Shown in pieces: positions 35,047 through 46,400 of a stretch of DNA of 64,000 nt (the stretch's first letter is position 1; every line of letters starts with the position of its first letter). The notes under the pieces are model-generated. The model was not told where the DNA came from and searched no databases. It saw only the letters and a list, made by a program, of their open reading frames with translations. A program made the position numbers and the translations under genes. The stretch comes from Lama glama (lineage: Eukaryota), in NCBI GenBank assembly GCA_028534125.1, contig CM052844.1, positions 682,001-746,000 on the forward strand. The letters run 5' to 3'.

Positions 35047-36699
35047 AAAAAAAGCTTGCACTCACTTTGTCTTTAATTGGAGGCCATCCTGAGAGGGCTC
35101 TGGCATCCTATTACGGTGCAGAGTTCCTGTTCCTGCTAACGTGCGCTCCCACAAGGCTGACATTCAGAATTTTCTGCTCGGTGCGATATTTTTGCTTTTG
35201 CCTCCCTTGCAAGAACACCAGCCTCCCTATGTGCACGATCTCCCTCATCAAGAACTCTGGGCAGGAGTGTGTTGCTCTGGTTTGGCTGGGTCTCTGGGGC
35301 AAAGTACACTTGCTTCTGAAGATGGATTTGCTCAAATGGCCTCAGTTCAGACCCTCCTGCCTTAACTTGCTGCCATATAAGCTGGTTCCCACTCCCCGTC
35401 CCCTCTCTGACCATCGAACTGGCCTAGCTCATGTATTTTTTGCAGTCATGGATGCAGGCACCCATAAAAAGAGAGCCTTGTGTTTTTCACGAGTGGTCTC
35501 ATTTCTTTGAGCTAAATCAGAGAAGATGAAACTTTCAAAGGAAGGGGCAGTGCAGAGGTGATGGGGGTGGAGGGCGGGAATGTGGCCAGGTATATGGGTG
35601 CAGCCTGTAGCTTGGGGCTGGGCCCAGGGGTCAGTCACTCACGGCCGCACCAAGGGCTGCAGGGAGCCAACATTCAGCTCCCAGGACGCCTGTGACCCAG
35701 CCCCGTCACAGGGGCCCGGCTGCGTGGGGGTGGGGAGCAGGGTCAGAAGCCTTCCTTGTGATTCAAGCCTGCTCTGCAGTGATTTCCCCACGCGTTCCCT
35801 GAGCTCTTCCTCGCTGCAGGGAGCAGGGAGATGCTGTGAACTGGGAATGCCGTCCCGGGCTGTCTGCTGCGTTTGCCTTTGAAAACCTGTAGGTGGGCGG
35901 GAGCAGAAAGCGGCATGATGCTCCCATGTGAGGGCGCCGCTGGCGCCTCGTCTCCTCCAGCCTCTTGACCACCCTTCCATGCAGAGTAAAACAAGATGGC
36001 GGCACGCGTGTTGGCCGTTGTTTCTCCGTCAGTGAAATGAACATAGGGCCTTTTTCTTTGGACGACCTGGGTAACTATCAGTGTTTGATATTTGGTAAAT
36101 AAATAAAATCAGTCAACAAAACTTCAATATCCCAAGGGTGTGGTGTTTGCCGTGAGGACAGCGTCTTGGCCACACGCGGATCGCAGTCCATCAAGTGGGA
36201 CAGGGTCGGTCGTGGGAGAGGGACGACGGGCTGCTGCGCGGACACAGGCGCAGATCTGCCCCGAGGCGCCCCCCGCGCGCGGGCCACGCTCTGTGCGCGC
36301 GGAGCTAGGGCGGGTTTGTGTAGCGAGCGCTCCTTGCGGGTTTTTGTGGAGTGACGTCTCCTTCTGCTTTTCTGAATAGATGTACGTGTATTTAAAACAC
36401 TGTGATGCACACACACAAATATTTAAAGACACTCGGTGTCACACGATCATGGTGTTTGCTGGGATTTCAGCTTGCGGTGTTACTGGACACACTTGCAGGT
36501 TGTAAGAAGTGAGGCGGACTAGTCTATCAAGACCATGCTTTCTAAAAACAGGACTTACTTTACCTAAGAAGAAAAGTTTTGAGATACAAATAAAAACGTA
36601 AGGCACCATTAGAAATAGGAGGCAGGCAGTATGCACCAGACAATCAATGCTATTAGTTTGGCTCCCGAATACTCTGATCAGAGGCCACTCTCTCTGAAA

Positions 36700-38020
36700 C
36701 TTCAGTAAACTCGCCATCCCGCGGAGAAGTGGGGACGCCGCCCCTGGCGCCGGGTCACGTGTGGAGGCCACCAGCAGGGGGAGGGTGCGGGCCCCAGGCA
36801 GGCGGCCCGGGTGGTGGTGGCCGGACGGCGGCTTCAGGGGACTTGTGTGGACGCACGGGTCGCTGCTGTCCCCACGTGGCAGAATTCTGCGGGGCCCCTC
36901 GGCGGGCTGTGACGAGGGGTGCAGGCACGTCCCAGCGCTGCCCGGCGTCCCGGGCGCATCTGCTGGGTCCTGCTTCCGGTCCCCGCGGGGACGGGCGTGT
37001 GACCCGGGGTCAGGCGACCCTCCCGGGCACGCGCGTGCGCTCGTGCTTGCCGGCTTCCGCGCTTCTGGAGACGCGCGCCAGCTCCCGTCCCGACCCGCAG
37101 GCGGAGCCTGAGTCCGTTCGTCCAGTCTCTTCCCCCGAGTCGGTGTTTTGGAGGAAATCGCTGAAGAGGAACGCTTGCTGTGAAGACGCGTGAGGTCCAC
37201 TGTGACTGCCCTGAGGTGGGCCGCCTCGATGACCAGGATGCGGGCGCCGCTCGCCACCGAGTCCCTGACGGGTCAGACGCTGGCGCCCAAAGCGGGGAGA
37301 CACGGGGGGCCCCGGGCCCCCGGAAGGGCTGCTCCGCGGGCAGAGAGGTGCAGCGACGTGGCCTGTGACGCAGCGCGCTCGGGTCCTTCGCAGCGACTGT
37401 TACGGCGCTTTAGAGGCCCTGACACGTCCCGCGGAGGAGGACCCCGCTGATCAGAGCGAGGCAGCGGTCTCCAGAGGTGTCCGACTGCAGGGGTCGTTGT
37501 CAGGGCGCTGAGCTCCCGCAGCTGAGCTTGCGGGGCTGCAGCTTGGGGACTGGGCGGGAGGCGGGGGTGGGGGGCAGCGGGAAGGGCTGACGAGCGCGCC
37601 TGCGCCTGCGCAGGGCCGCCCCGAGTTCAGCACGGGGCCACCCGACGTCTGGTCCCTGGGCACTGCCGGCCCGCCGGCCCTCCCTGGGAGATGCGTCCTG
37701 GGGCGCCTGCAGCGCGCTGCTCTCCGCCGCGGGGAGGGCGTGATCGGGGTGGGGGCCACGTGGGGGGGAAGTGGGGGGCCACGTTGGGGGGAGGTGGGGG
37801 CCACGTGGGGGGGAGGTGGGGGGGCCACGTGGAGGGGGAAGGTGGGGGCCATGTTGGGGGGGGAGGTGGGGGGCCACGCAGGCGGGGCCGGGGCCGGGGT
37901 AGCGGGGCGCCCGGGCAGGGGGTGCGGGCCAGCAGGCCCGGCCTCGGGGCGCCTGGCGGAGACTCGCGTCCCCTCTGTGGGTGCCGGGACCACGCTCTCC
38001 GGTCAGGCGCGGTGGAGGCC
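36700..38020. promoter_or_regulatory. Orphan CpG island ~10.5 kb upstream of SALL3
   Basis: High CpG density, NRF1-type TGCGCCTGCGCA at 37601-37612, E-box minisatellite. Confidence 0.7.
37746..37880 (+). repeat. G-rich minisatellite, six units of 22-25 bp (GTGGGGGCCACGTGGGGGGGAG consensus)
   Basis: Cores at 37757, 37780, 37802, 37826, 37850 and 37875. Confidence 0.9.
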
Positions 38021-38659
38021 TTTTTACACCAAGCTCTCTCTTCCATCAAACTCCTTTATAACATTCTGTTTTCTTCAGTTCCGGAATTCTATACTAGCCA
38101 TTCACATTTTACCCCTCCAATTACAAATCACTGAAGGAATTTGACTGTTCAGGTTTTCACTAGTTTCAGAATATAATGTGCACTTCTGAGGGTTAAAAAT
38201 AACCACTACTGTGTTTGGGAGATGATTGGGTAACTTTCGTAAGTGAAAAGCAGGAATGCCGGGATAGACGGGGCTGTCCGTCTGTGGCAGGAAGGCTCGG
38301 AGGAAGGGACACGCAGCCTTAGCCCGAGCTGTGACTTACCAGGAATCCTTCTTGTGATGTTGCGTCAGAGTTTTGAGGTGACTGAAAACCACGATGCTTT
38401 TAGAAAATGTGCGCCATTAGGGAAATTAGCTTCCAGGAAGTGACCCACAACAATTGAGGTTAATGTCGTGGAAAAATGGGCGTTCAAGCCAGCATTTCGT
38501 GGTTCTAAGAACACAGTGCAAACCTCACGGAAGACACAGTTAAGGGGCAGTTGTAGCTCGGTTAGTTCCCAGGGACCCGGGTCCACTGCCATGCTCTGTG
38601 TGTGTGGTTTCGCGGTGCCTTGCTGTTTCCTCTCTTCATCTTTAAACAGTCATAGTACA

Positions 38660-38812
38660 GTTATAACCATTTTGGAAAACAGTGTGGAAGCTCCTCAAAA
38701 AATTAAAAGTGGAACCACTGTGTGATCCAGCACTCCCACTTCTGGGTCCATATCTGCTGGAAGCAAAGCCCTTGTGGTGAGGAGGTACCTGCACCCTGTG
38801 CACACGCAGCCA
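38660..38812 (+). mobile_element. LINE-1 fragment (end of ORF2 region)
   Basis: accattttggaaaacagtgtggaagctcctcaaaaaattaaaa...tgatccagcactcccacttctgggt matches a hallmark L1 sequence. Confidence 0.8.
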
Positions 38813-39831
38813 GGGTGTGGGCCACTTTGGCGTGTTCTTATGGAAAGCCGATTTCATATACTAACATTTTCTGCAGAGTACAGACACTTGTGATGTACTT
38901 TTTGGTCAATTTCTTTAGTGTTTAAACTTTTGAAAGGCAAGTAATTAGTCTTTTCCACAAGGGAAGATGCTGCACAAGGCAGATGAATGAACTGTTGATT
39001 GATTTCCACCCCAATACACCTTAATCCCAGCCCTGCCTTCCAAAAGTAACTATATAGTATCTTTTCAAGGAATTAGGCTGTGGCTCCACGTGCCAAGGTG
39101 GAATAGAAGACGACTATTTTTTTTTTGATTGAGGCACAGATTCCATATTTATTTGAAAGTAAAAAAGTAAAATTTGTTTATAAAGTGAATTTGCCACTTT
39201 ATTGACTTAATTTGTTCTTTCATTTTGCTGACACTGACTGCTTTTTTTCTCTTCCTTTTTTTCTCTATCAGATTTTGGCTGAAAAGCTTCAATACTGACT
39301 GTATGATATAAAATGCAGACATATAAGTTACATAACACACACACACTTTCTTTGGGATGTTCTTTACGTTTTTGTGTTTAAGAACTGGGCTTTCAGAAAA
39401 CGGTGGCATACTTGGGTACTTGTTCAAAAAGTAGCCGAGTGTCTCCCACCTGCTCCGCCCTGTGCTCTCCAACCCCATGTCACGTGGTCACCTGCTGCTG
39501 TGAGGCCACCCAAACACACGTTTCGGAATTCTCGCTTCTTGCTGAGAGCTGGCACTGTGATTCGTACTGGAATTAGTTGGGACTGTTTTCTGTCTAGTCA
39601 CGCAGCGCTTGGATTTTCCAGAGGCTGTATGAACACAGACATGTTAGCTGCTCCCAGCCCACATCCACGTGGGACGTGCGTTTCAGTTGTGTCGACGTGG
39701 AGAGGTGACTTAGTTGCTACTATTTCATCACAATGCACCAATTTTAAAGAGAATTAAAATAATAGCACATTGTGACTTTTAAAAAATTCCACTGAACCGT
39801 ACAGGTGTTTGTGCTGAGAATCAGCCAATGT

Positions 39832-40290
39832 ATTTTTTCTTTTTCATCGAAGGTGAGTTGATTTACAGTGTGGGTCTCAGGTGCACAGCAAAGCGACTCA
39901 GTTACGCATGCACACACATGTATGTATCTTTTCAGATTCTCTTCCATTGTGTGTTATTGGAAGAAGTTGGACACATTTCCCTGCGCTGCTCAGCAGGTCC
40001 CTGTTGCTCATCCCTGTTACAAGCAGGGGCGTGTGTCTGCTAATCCCACACTCCTGCCTCACCCCTCCCCGCCCTTTCCTCTTTGGTAACTGCAGTGTGC
40101 TTTTGATGTTTGTGAGTCTGTTTCTGGTTGGTAAATAGAATTTGTGTCTTTTTTTTTTCTTCTAAGATTCCGCATGTAAATGACATCACATGTTTGCCTT
40201 TCTCTGTCTGACCGACTTCACTTAGTGTGGTCACCTCTAGGTCCATCTGTGTCGCTGCAGACGGCTTTATTGCGTTCCGTTTGCATCGGC
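39832..40290 (-). mobile_element. 5'-truncated LINE-1 3' end (cetartiodactyl type)
   Basis: T-rich tail, then gttgatttacagtgtg...ggtgcacagcaaagcgactcagtt...tctgtctgaccgacttcacttag...ctctaggtccatc, typical of an antisense L1 3' UTR. Confidence 0.85.
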
Positions 40291-43200
40291 CAAAGCAGTT
40301 TCCAACCTCTGTCGTGGCTTCTGTGCTTGTGCCCCTGGCGGCTTTTCCCCGACGTTTTCTCGCACTCTCTCTCGTCCCGTCTCCACACACTGGTTTCAGG
40401 AAGTCGATGCCGATCAAGTGTGTCTGTGTGCAGTTTCACATGAGCTGGGATCGATCCTCGGTGCGTTGCCGTGATTATGAAGGCGAGAGAAGGGCTGTGT
40501 CCTGCCCCTGCGCGGAGCGTCCAGCGGTCACCACCCTGCCTCCGGGGCGGCCTTGGTGGTGGTGGGGGGTGCAGACGGAGGCGTCTTCTCTCCGAGTGAA
40601 GCCGGAACACACTCCAGCCACGGCTCTGCATCTCCTCGTCCTCGGGTGGCCGAGCCCAGGGGCTGGGTGGGGGTGTGTGCCCGCGTTTCCCGCCGCAAGC
40701 CCCACCCTCGGTTTCTTTCCTTGCACATCTCCCGCGTGCTTCCTTTGGGGGAGAAGCCCTTATAAAGCCCTGGAAGAAAGGTGCTGTTGGCGCATGGAGG
40801 GCTTTGCTTCCCGTTGAGTTCATCTTGAAGAGTGCGGTTGCTGTGCTATTTAAACATAACCAGCTGTTTCAGGGTTGGCTCCAGGGCACAGTCCTTCCTC
40901 CCCGAGGTCTCCAGTCCCTGTGAGGGGTGAGCTCCACCCACCAAGTCCGCTCAGATGGGAGGGGCTGCTCTGAGTTAATGGGAGAGGCAGTACACGGGCG
41001 CTGCCTGTGGCTGGCCCTGAGGCCCCGCTGGGCCCCCTACCTGAAGGGAGCAGTGACCCTGTCGAGTGGTCCAGGTGCCAAGGAAGGTGGATGGTGTCTG
41101 GGGTCCGGGCGGGACCCGGGGGCGGTCCCCACGGTCATTCTTTTCTGCCAGCTGAGTCCCTTTATTGGCTTACACATCCTCCTCCTCGACCCCATTCATG
41201 GGGCACCTCAGCGCAGGTTGTGTTTTTGTAAACTGGACTGAATGTCTAGTCTGGTGGGGACTGTGGTCCCAGGCTTGGCCCAGGCATTTCACAATAACAG
41301 GATAAGCTCTGGTTGCTGGCCTTCCGTCTTTGGGGGCCCCTGTCCCCCAAGCTCACTGCAAGGGCTGTTCCAGGCTCAGTCTCAGGATTCCCAGCCTCTG
41401 ACCACCTCTCCCCACGTGCCCTCGGCCCCACGGCTGCGGTCATCACTCCAGCAGAAGCCGCCCCACGAAGGTTCTCGGAAGCCCCTCTGCTGCAGGTCCC
41501 TCGTCACCCTGTCCACAAAGTGCACAGCTGGCCTGGGGCTGGGAGGACCAGGGCGCCATCCTGGAAGTAGGCGGGGGGTGGGGTGGCCCTCTGTGAGCAG
41601 AGATGACAGTGTCCCCACATCCAGAGCCATTCCTGCGTGTCCCTCTGTGTGGCCGAGGTGCCCTGGAAGCCTGCCCTCCTGCCCTCCTGCTCGCAGCCCC
41701 ACGGCCTCGAGGCCCTGCGGCCCCACGTTTGGGCCTCTGCGCATCCTCGCTGTGCGCCTGCGTTATTCTCACCACTCTTCAGTGTGGACACCAGGTGTGA
41801 GCTGGGAACACCTACCTACACACAGGCAGCTAAAGGGGTCAAATGTCAAAATGTTGAAATGTCACAGTCTTGGCAATAACAGTGAAAACTTGGCCAGAGA
41901 AGCGCGTGGTCGCACGGCAGCCCCTGCGTGTTCACGATGAGGGTCTCAGCAGCTGGCCCTTCATGCTGCTGAGGAGATGGAACAGCCTCTGATGGGCACC
42001 CGGGCTGCCCGGACCCTGCAGCGCATCACCAGGATGCAGGTGTCTTGGAGGGGGGTCCAAACTTACCAAATTAACTTGCAGTCAAAGAAGTGAGCTGGTT
42101 CTAAAGCACATGTCATATCTGGGCAGGGCCACGTGGCTGTGTTTGAGGCCACTTTCCTGGAGGCAAGGTGCCTCCCCAGGGCTCGGGTTCCTCCTGTTAC
42201 GTTGCGCTGGAACACATGGAGGAACTACAGAATGCGGCCAGAGCGCGGCTCTCAGGCCATCATGGAACCGGCCCACTGAGCTCGTCACATACGTCCGCTT
42301 GGCTGGCTTCTCATCAAACAGCTGGTCCTCAAGGTCTGTGGTGGCCGGTGTGGGGTGCTGTGCCGTGACCGGTCAGGACCCCGGGGGGCAGAGGACCTCA
42401 CCAGCCTGCAGCGGAAAGAGAGGTGGAGGGCACCGCGCCCCGGGGGAGACACGTCCGCGTCCTGCTAGCTCGTAGTCGTGGGGAGGGATGGCGTCATAGC
42501 TCTTTGCAAGCAGGGCAGCTCTCTCCCGGAGTCCCTGCTGAAGCTTCTTGTTCTGCTTCAAGAAAGATCTCCGTTGTCTGCACAGTGTGACCACGGAGAA
42601 TCCCTGGAAACAAACAGCTAAGGCTCTGCTGGTGGCACAGTTAGTGCCCATTTTGGGAGGAAACCCCGCAAAGCAGCGGGCATTTATGTTTAAAAAAGAC
42701 ATATTTTCATTTCAAACTTAGTCTTTTCTGTATAAGCTTAAAAAGAAGACATATGTCTTATCTGCCTGGGTATAAATTCTGGGCTGCTGAAGGAGTGACT
42801 GATTGTGACTCATAATTTCTGGGACAATTTGGGTGTCACGTTTTGGTCTTGTTTTACTTTAGGATGGTAAAGAGTTTTTTGCAACAGAAAAACCCACAAT
42901 GTGTGTTAGTAATTACTACCTGGTTACAAGAACTTGGCTCTGCCTCTCTCGTTAGCTAAGCTTCTCTGTGCTTTGAAGAGCCAGGATTTTGTGTCCAGGT
43001 GTCCTGCGATTCGGAACATTCTGGAACACCATGGAGGGGTTCCGCTGGGGTGGGACCAGGAACGACAGGCATAAGACAAAGGGGTGCAGTCACGGGAGGA
43101 GCGTGGCGAAGACTTAGAGCCGTGGGGAAGACGGCGTCACCCGTCCTGCGCGCCACGCCCGGTGCCGTGCGGTCATGTATTTGGAAACCACAGCTTAGCG

Positions 43201-43387
43201 CAGTGAGGAAGACAATCCAGCAGGACCCTGACCAGAAGGCGGGAAGACGTGAGAAGGGGTGGAGCTGGTCTGCAGATGTGGCCACAGCTGGGAAGGACTC
43301 TGCGGCGAGAGAGCATCTCGGCTGCATCTGTGTCCTTCCCAGGGGGCGTGTTTGGGGCTCATGGGTCCAGATATTATAGCTCGTTGC

Positions 43388-43475
43388 TTTTTCTTAAGTG
43401 GAGGTTCTGGGGATGGAACCCTAGACCTTGTGCATGCTGAGCACGCGATCTTATCACTGAGTTATGCCCACCCCC
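43388..43475 (-). mobile_element. Short tRNA(Ala)-derived SINE, camelid Vic-1-like
   Basis: Minus strand reads gggggtgggcataactcagtgataagatcgcgtgctcagcatgcacaaggtctagggttccatccccagaacctcca, with degenerate A and B boxes and a short A tail, inserted at a TT|AAAAA site. Confidence 0.75.
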
Positions 43476-46400
43476 TTTTTAAAAAATGAAGCTTATGACT
43501 TTTTTCTCACTTTAGCAGTTTTCAAAATTTTTCTGTGCTGGTCCGTTTGTTCATTATTCACAGGGAAGCCACCTTCCTCCAGAGGAGGGGATCTTGGTGG
43601 ACAGGCCCACACTGGGTGGCTCACCGGCTCTGCTCCCTGCTCTCCGTCCTCCCTCCTCCGCCCGAGTCCTCTCTGCAGGCGCAAGTTCCTGCCGAGCTGG
43701 AAGCTGCCGGCCAGCGGAGCCCGGCCTTCCTGTGGATGGCGCAGCGCCCGCCCGGGCAGCCTCTTCTATTCTCTGGTCCGTTGGCGCTATTCCCTGTGTC
43801 CGCCAGCGGGGGGCACGGGGCTGCGATGCCAGGGGGGGAGGCCGAGGCTGGCAGGTGGCTCCCGTCTGGGCAGTGTCACAATAGACTTGCCAGAGCAGAG
43901 CTTCCTTTCTTTGGTTGGGAACGGACTGGCCTTTCAGAGCGGAGCAGAAGCAAGCATCAGGGTTCTCGGAATGAAGACCATTTCCGGGGAAAGTCAAGCC
44001 TGCCCTTCCGTGACTTCTAATCATTAGATGCCCCGAAGAATTCTGCGTTTGGGACATGGTTCTGGGGGAACAGACAGTCTGCGGAGGCAGGAATGTCTCT
44101 GTGAGGGGACCGTCCCCGGGTACGAACGGGAGCAGGTGCTGCAAACACCGGGCACACGCTCTCCATCAGCCGTGCACCGAAAACACGGCGATGGCGGCCA
44201 GAGACGGCGACGTGAGGGAGCCCTGGGAAGGTTCGGGCTGCTATTCGTCCGCCCACAGTAACTAGGTTTTGAATCGAGGTAGTTTATTCTTAGGTGTCAC
44301 ATCCACGGGACATGTGTGTTGTCACATTACTCAGATATAATGGAAAATCCATGATGGAATTTGGGCACCTGCAACCACCTATAAAAATTTATGATCTTTA
44401 TTTTTATTTCAGGTAGTATATGAATTCTGTGTTTGGCCAAGAATAATTAACAAGAGAGCGAAGGGGCTTTCTCAGGAGAACGGCTCGGAGGCGTGGGTCT
44501 GAAGCCCTCTGGAACGCAGTGGACTGGGATGTCTGTGTCCTAGATACTGATGTAACTGTGGGGATGGGTTGGATAAATCAGCCCCCGACCTCAGCGGGAC
44601 CAGGAAGGGGTGAAGGCCACAGGATGAGCCCACTCTCGTGAGGATCCCACGCCTTGCTGCCCTTGGGCTGCCCTTGACTGCCCAGGAGGCTGTGCTTAGG
44701 GACTGGGGCACCCACGTGGCTCGGTGTGTGGCAGGGAGAACGGCTGGGAAGGGGGTGCTCTCCTTACACCAGAATCTCCCTCAGTTGGAACCTCGTCCAC
44801 TTCTTTGGGAGTCAGAGTCATCATGAAGCTTGATCTTGGCTCTGCAGCTGCTGTTTCAGACCCAGCAGACGCGGGAAGCTCCTCTGAGGGTGACGCTAAC
44901 CTGCGTTAGGTGCTCATGTCGGGTCCCCTTCCACACGAGACGCCAGCGATGGTGGGTCTCACCCACGCGGACCCAGGCCCGCGTCGCCTTCCTCCTCTGA
45001 GGCTCTTCCACTGTGAACATGGATGAGCCTCTGCCTGCGTGGTTTCCCCCAGAATCTGACTCAGTGAATTTGGACTCCACACCAAATTCAGATCTGGCTG
45101 TTTTTTGGCAGCTTTTATTGCCTACAGATAATAAAGAACATTCTGGAGACCATATATGCAGCCTCCTCACACTGTGGACGAGGAATCACTTTGGGGAGGC
45201 TGAGTGGCTTGCTCACAGGCACACGTNNNNNNNNNNNNNNNNNNNNNNNNNNNNNNNNNNNNNNNNNNNNNNNNNNNNNNNNNNNNNNNNNNNNNNNNNN
45301 NNNNNNNNNNNNNNNNNNNNNNNNNNNNNNNNNNNNNNNNNNNNNNNNNNNNNNNNNNNNNNNNNNNNNNNNNNNNNNNNNNNNNNNNCAGGTCTAGGCT
45401 TCCCTGCAGGCGTGGTGTGCGGTGCTGGCCCAGGGCTGAGGAAGGGCCTTCCTTTCAGCCTCCTCTGGGTTTGGGGAAGGGAGCCAGGCGCAGGCACAAA
45501 GCAGAACACTGGCCAGGAACGGCAGGGCAGGAGTCACTCAAAGATGGAAGGAGTAACGGAGCACATGCAGATGAGGAAGAGCAGACGCCACCGTCGTGGG
45601 GAGCACACGCCCCGCGGAGTGCTGTGCGGATGCCCGGGAGGCAGGGCTGAGGGCCGGCCTGGCCTCCTTGCGTGGGGTCTGGGGGCCTGATAGGGAGGCT
45701 GCTGTTTCTGGCTGAGTTACTGGGGGTGCTTCCTGCTCCTTCACGTTCACAAAGACTTGTTCCATGTTGTGTTCTGCACTGAACCAGTGTCAACATGACA
45801 ATGGGGTGTGAGTGTGTTTTGTCTGGAAGATGCTGTGTTTGGCTGAGAGTTACGCAGTAGTGAGATTAATCTTCTTCGGGAATTATTGTTCAGTAAAATG
45901 CAAAGCACAGTAAAGTGAGGGAGGAAACGGTCCTTCCCCATCCTGCCCTTCGCAGGGCACCTGTCCCATTATTTTGCATGTGTGTGGCTTGCAGGAGTGA
46001 TGGAGGGGCCATTTATTATTACCTTGTTCCATAACTCAACCCCACGTCCCAAGGGACGGAAATGGATTTTATAGGTAGGACTGAGTTTAGTGTTTTTCCT
46101 ATAAAATAATTTCCACAAATTTAGCTTCAGGCTCTCTTCTCTGCCTGATGTAGGAGACTGGAGTTAGAATTCGTTTTTTGGATGTCCGTGTAACGCACAC
46201 GCCTTCTGACCAGCGCACGTCCTGGTGAGCCGCTGCGTGCCAGCCCTCGCCCCTGCTCTTCCCGACTTGGATCAGGTGCTGTTTCCTGATGGACACGCCT
46301 GGCTCCTGTGGCTGTTAGATGCCACTGTCCGCGTGCCCACAGCAGGTGTGTGGGCCTCGGCTCACCCGCAGGGTGACTCTTCACGAGACTGTGGGTGGCT

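Noticed and set aside
37746-37880. CRISPR-like repeat array
   Set aside because: Mammalian DNA with no unique spacers or cas genes; it is a minisatellite.
43388-43475. Possible tRNA-Ala gene
   Set aside because: Degenerate A/B boxes, no proper acceptor stem and an A-rich tail indicate a SINE.
8135-45388. Six similarly sized N runs (140-164 nt) at 8135, 19509, 24297, 30102, 30981 and 45227
   Set aside because: Scaffolding gaps; their content is unknowable and the size similarity is probably technical.
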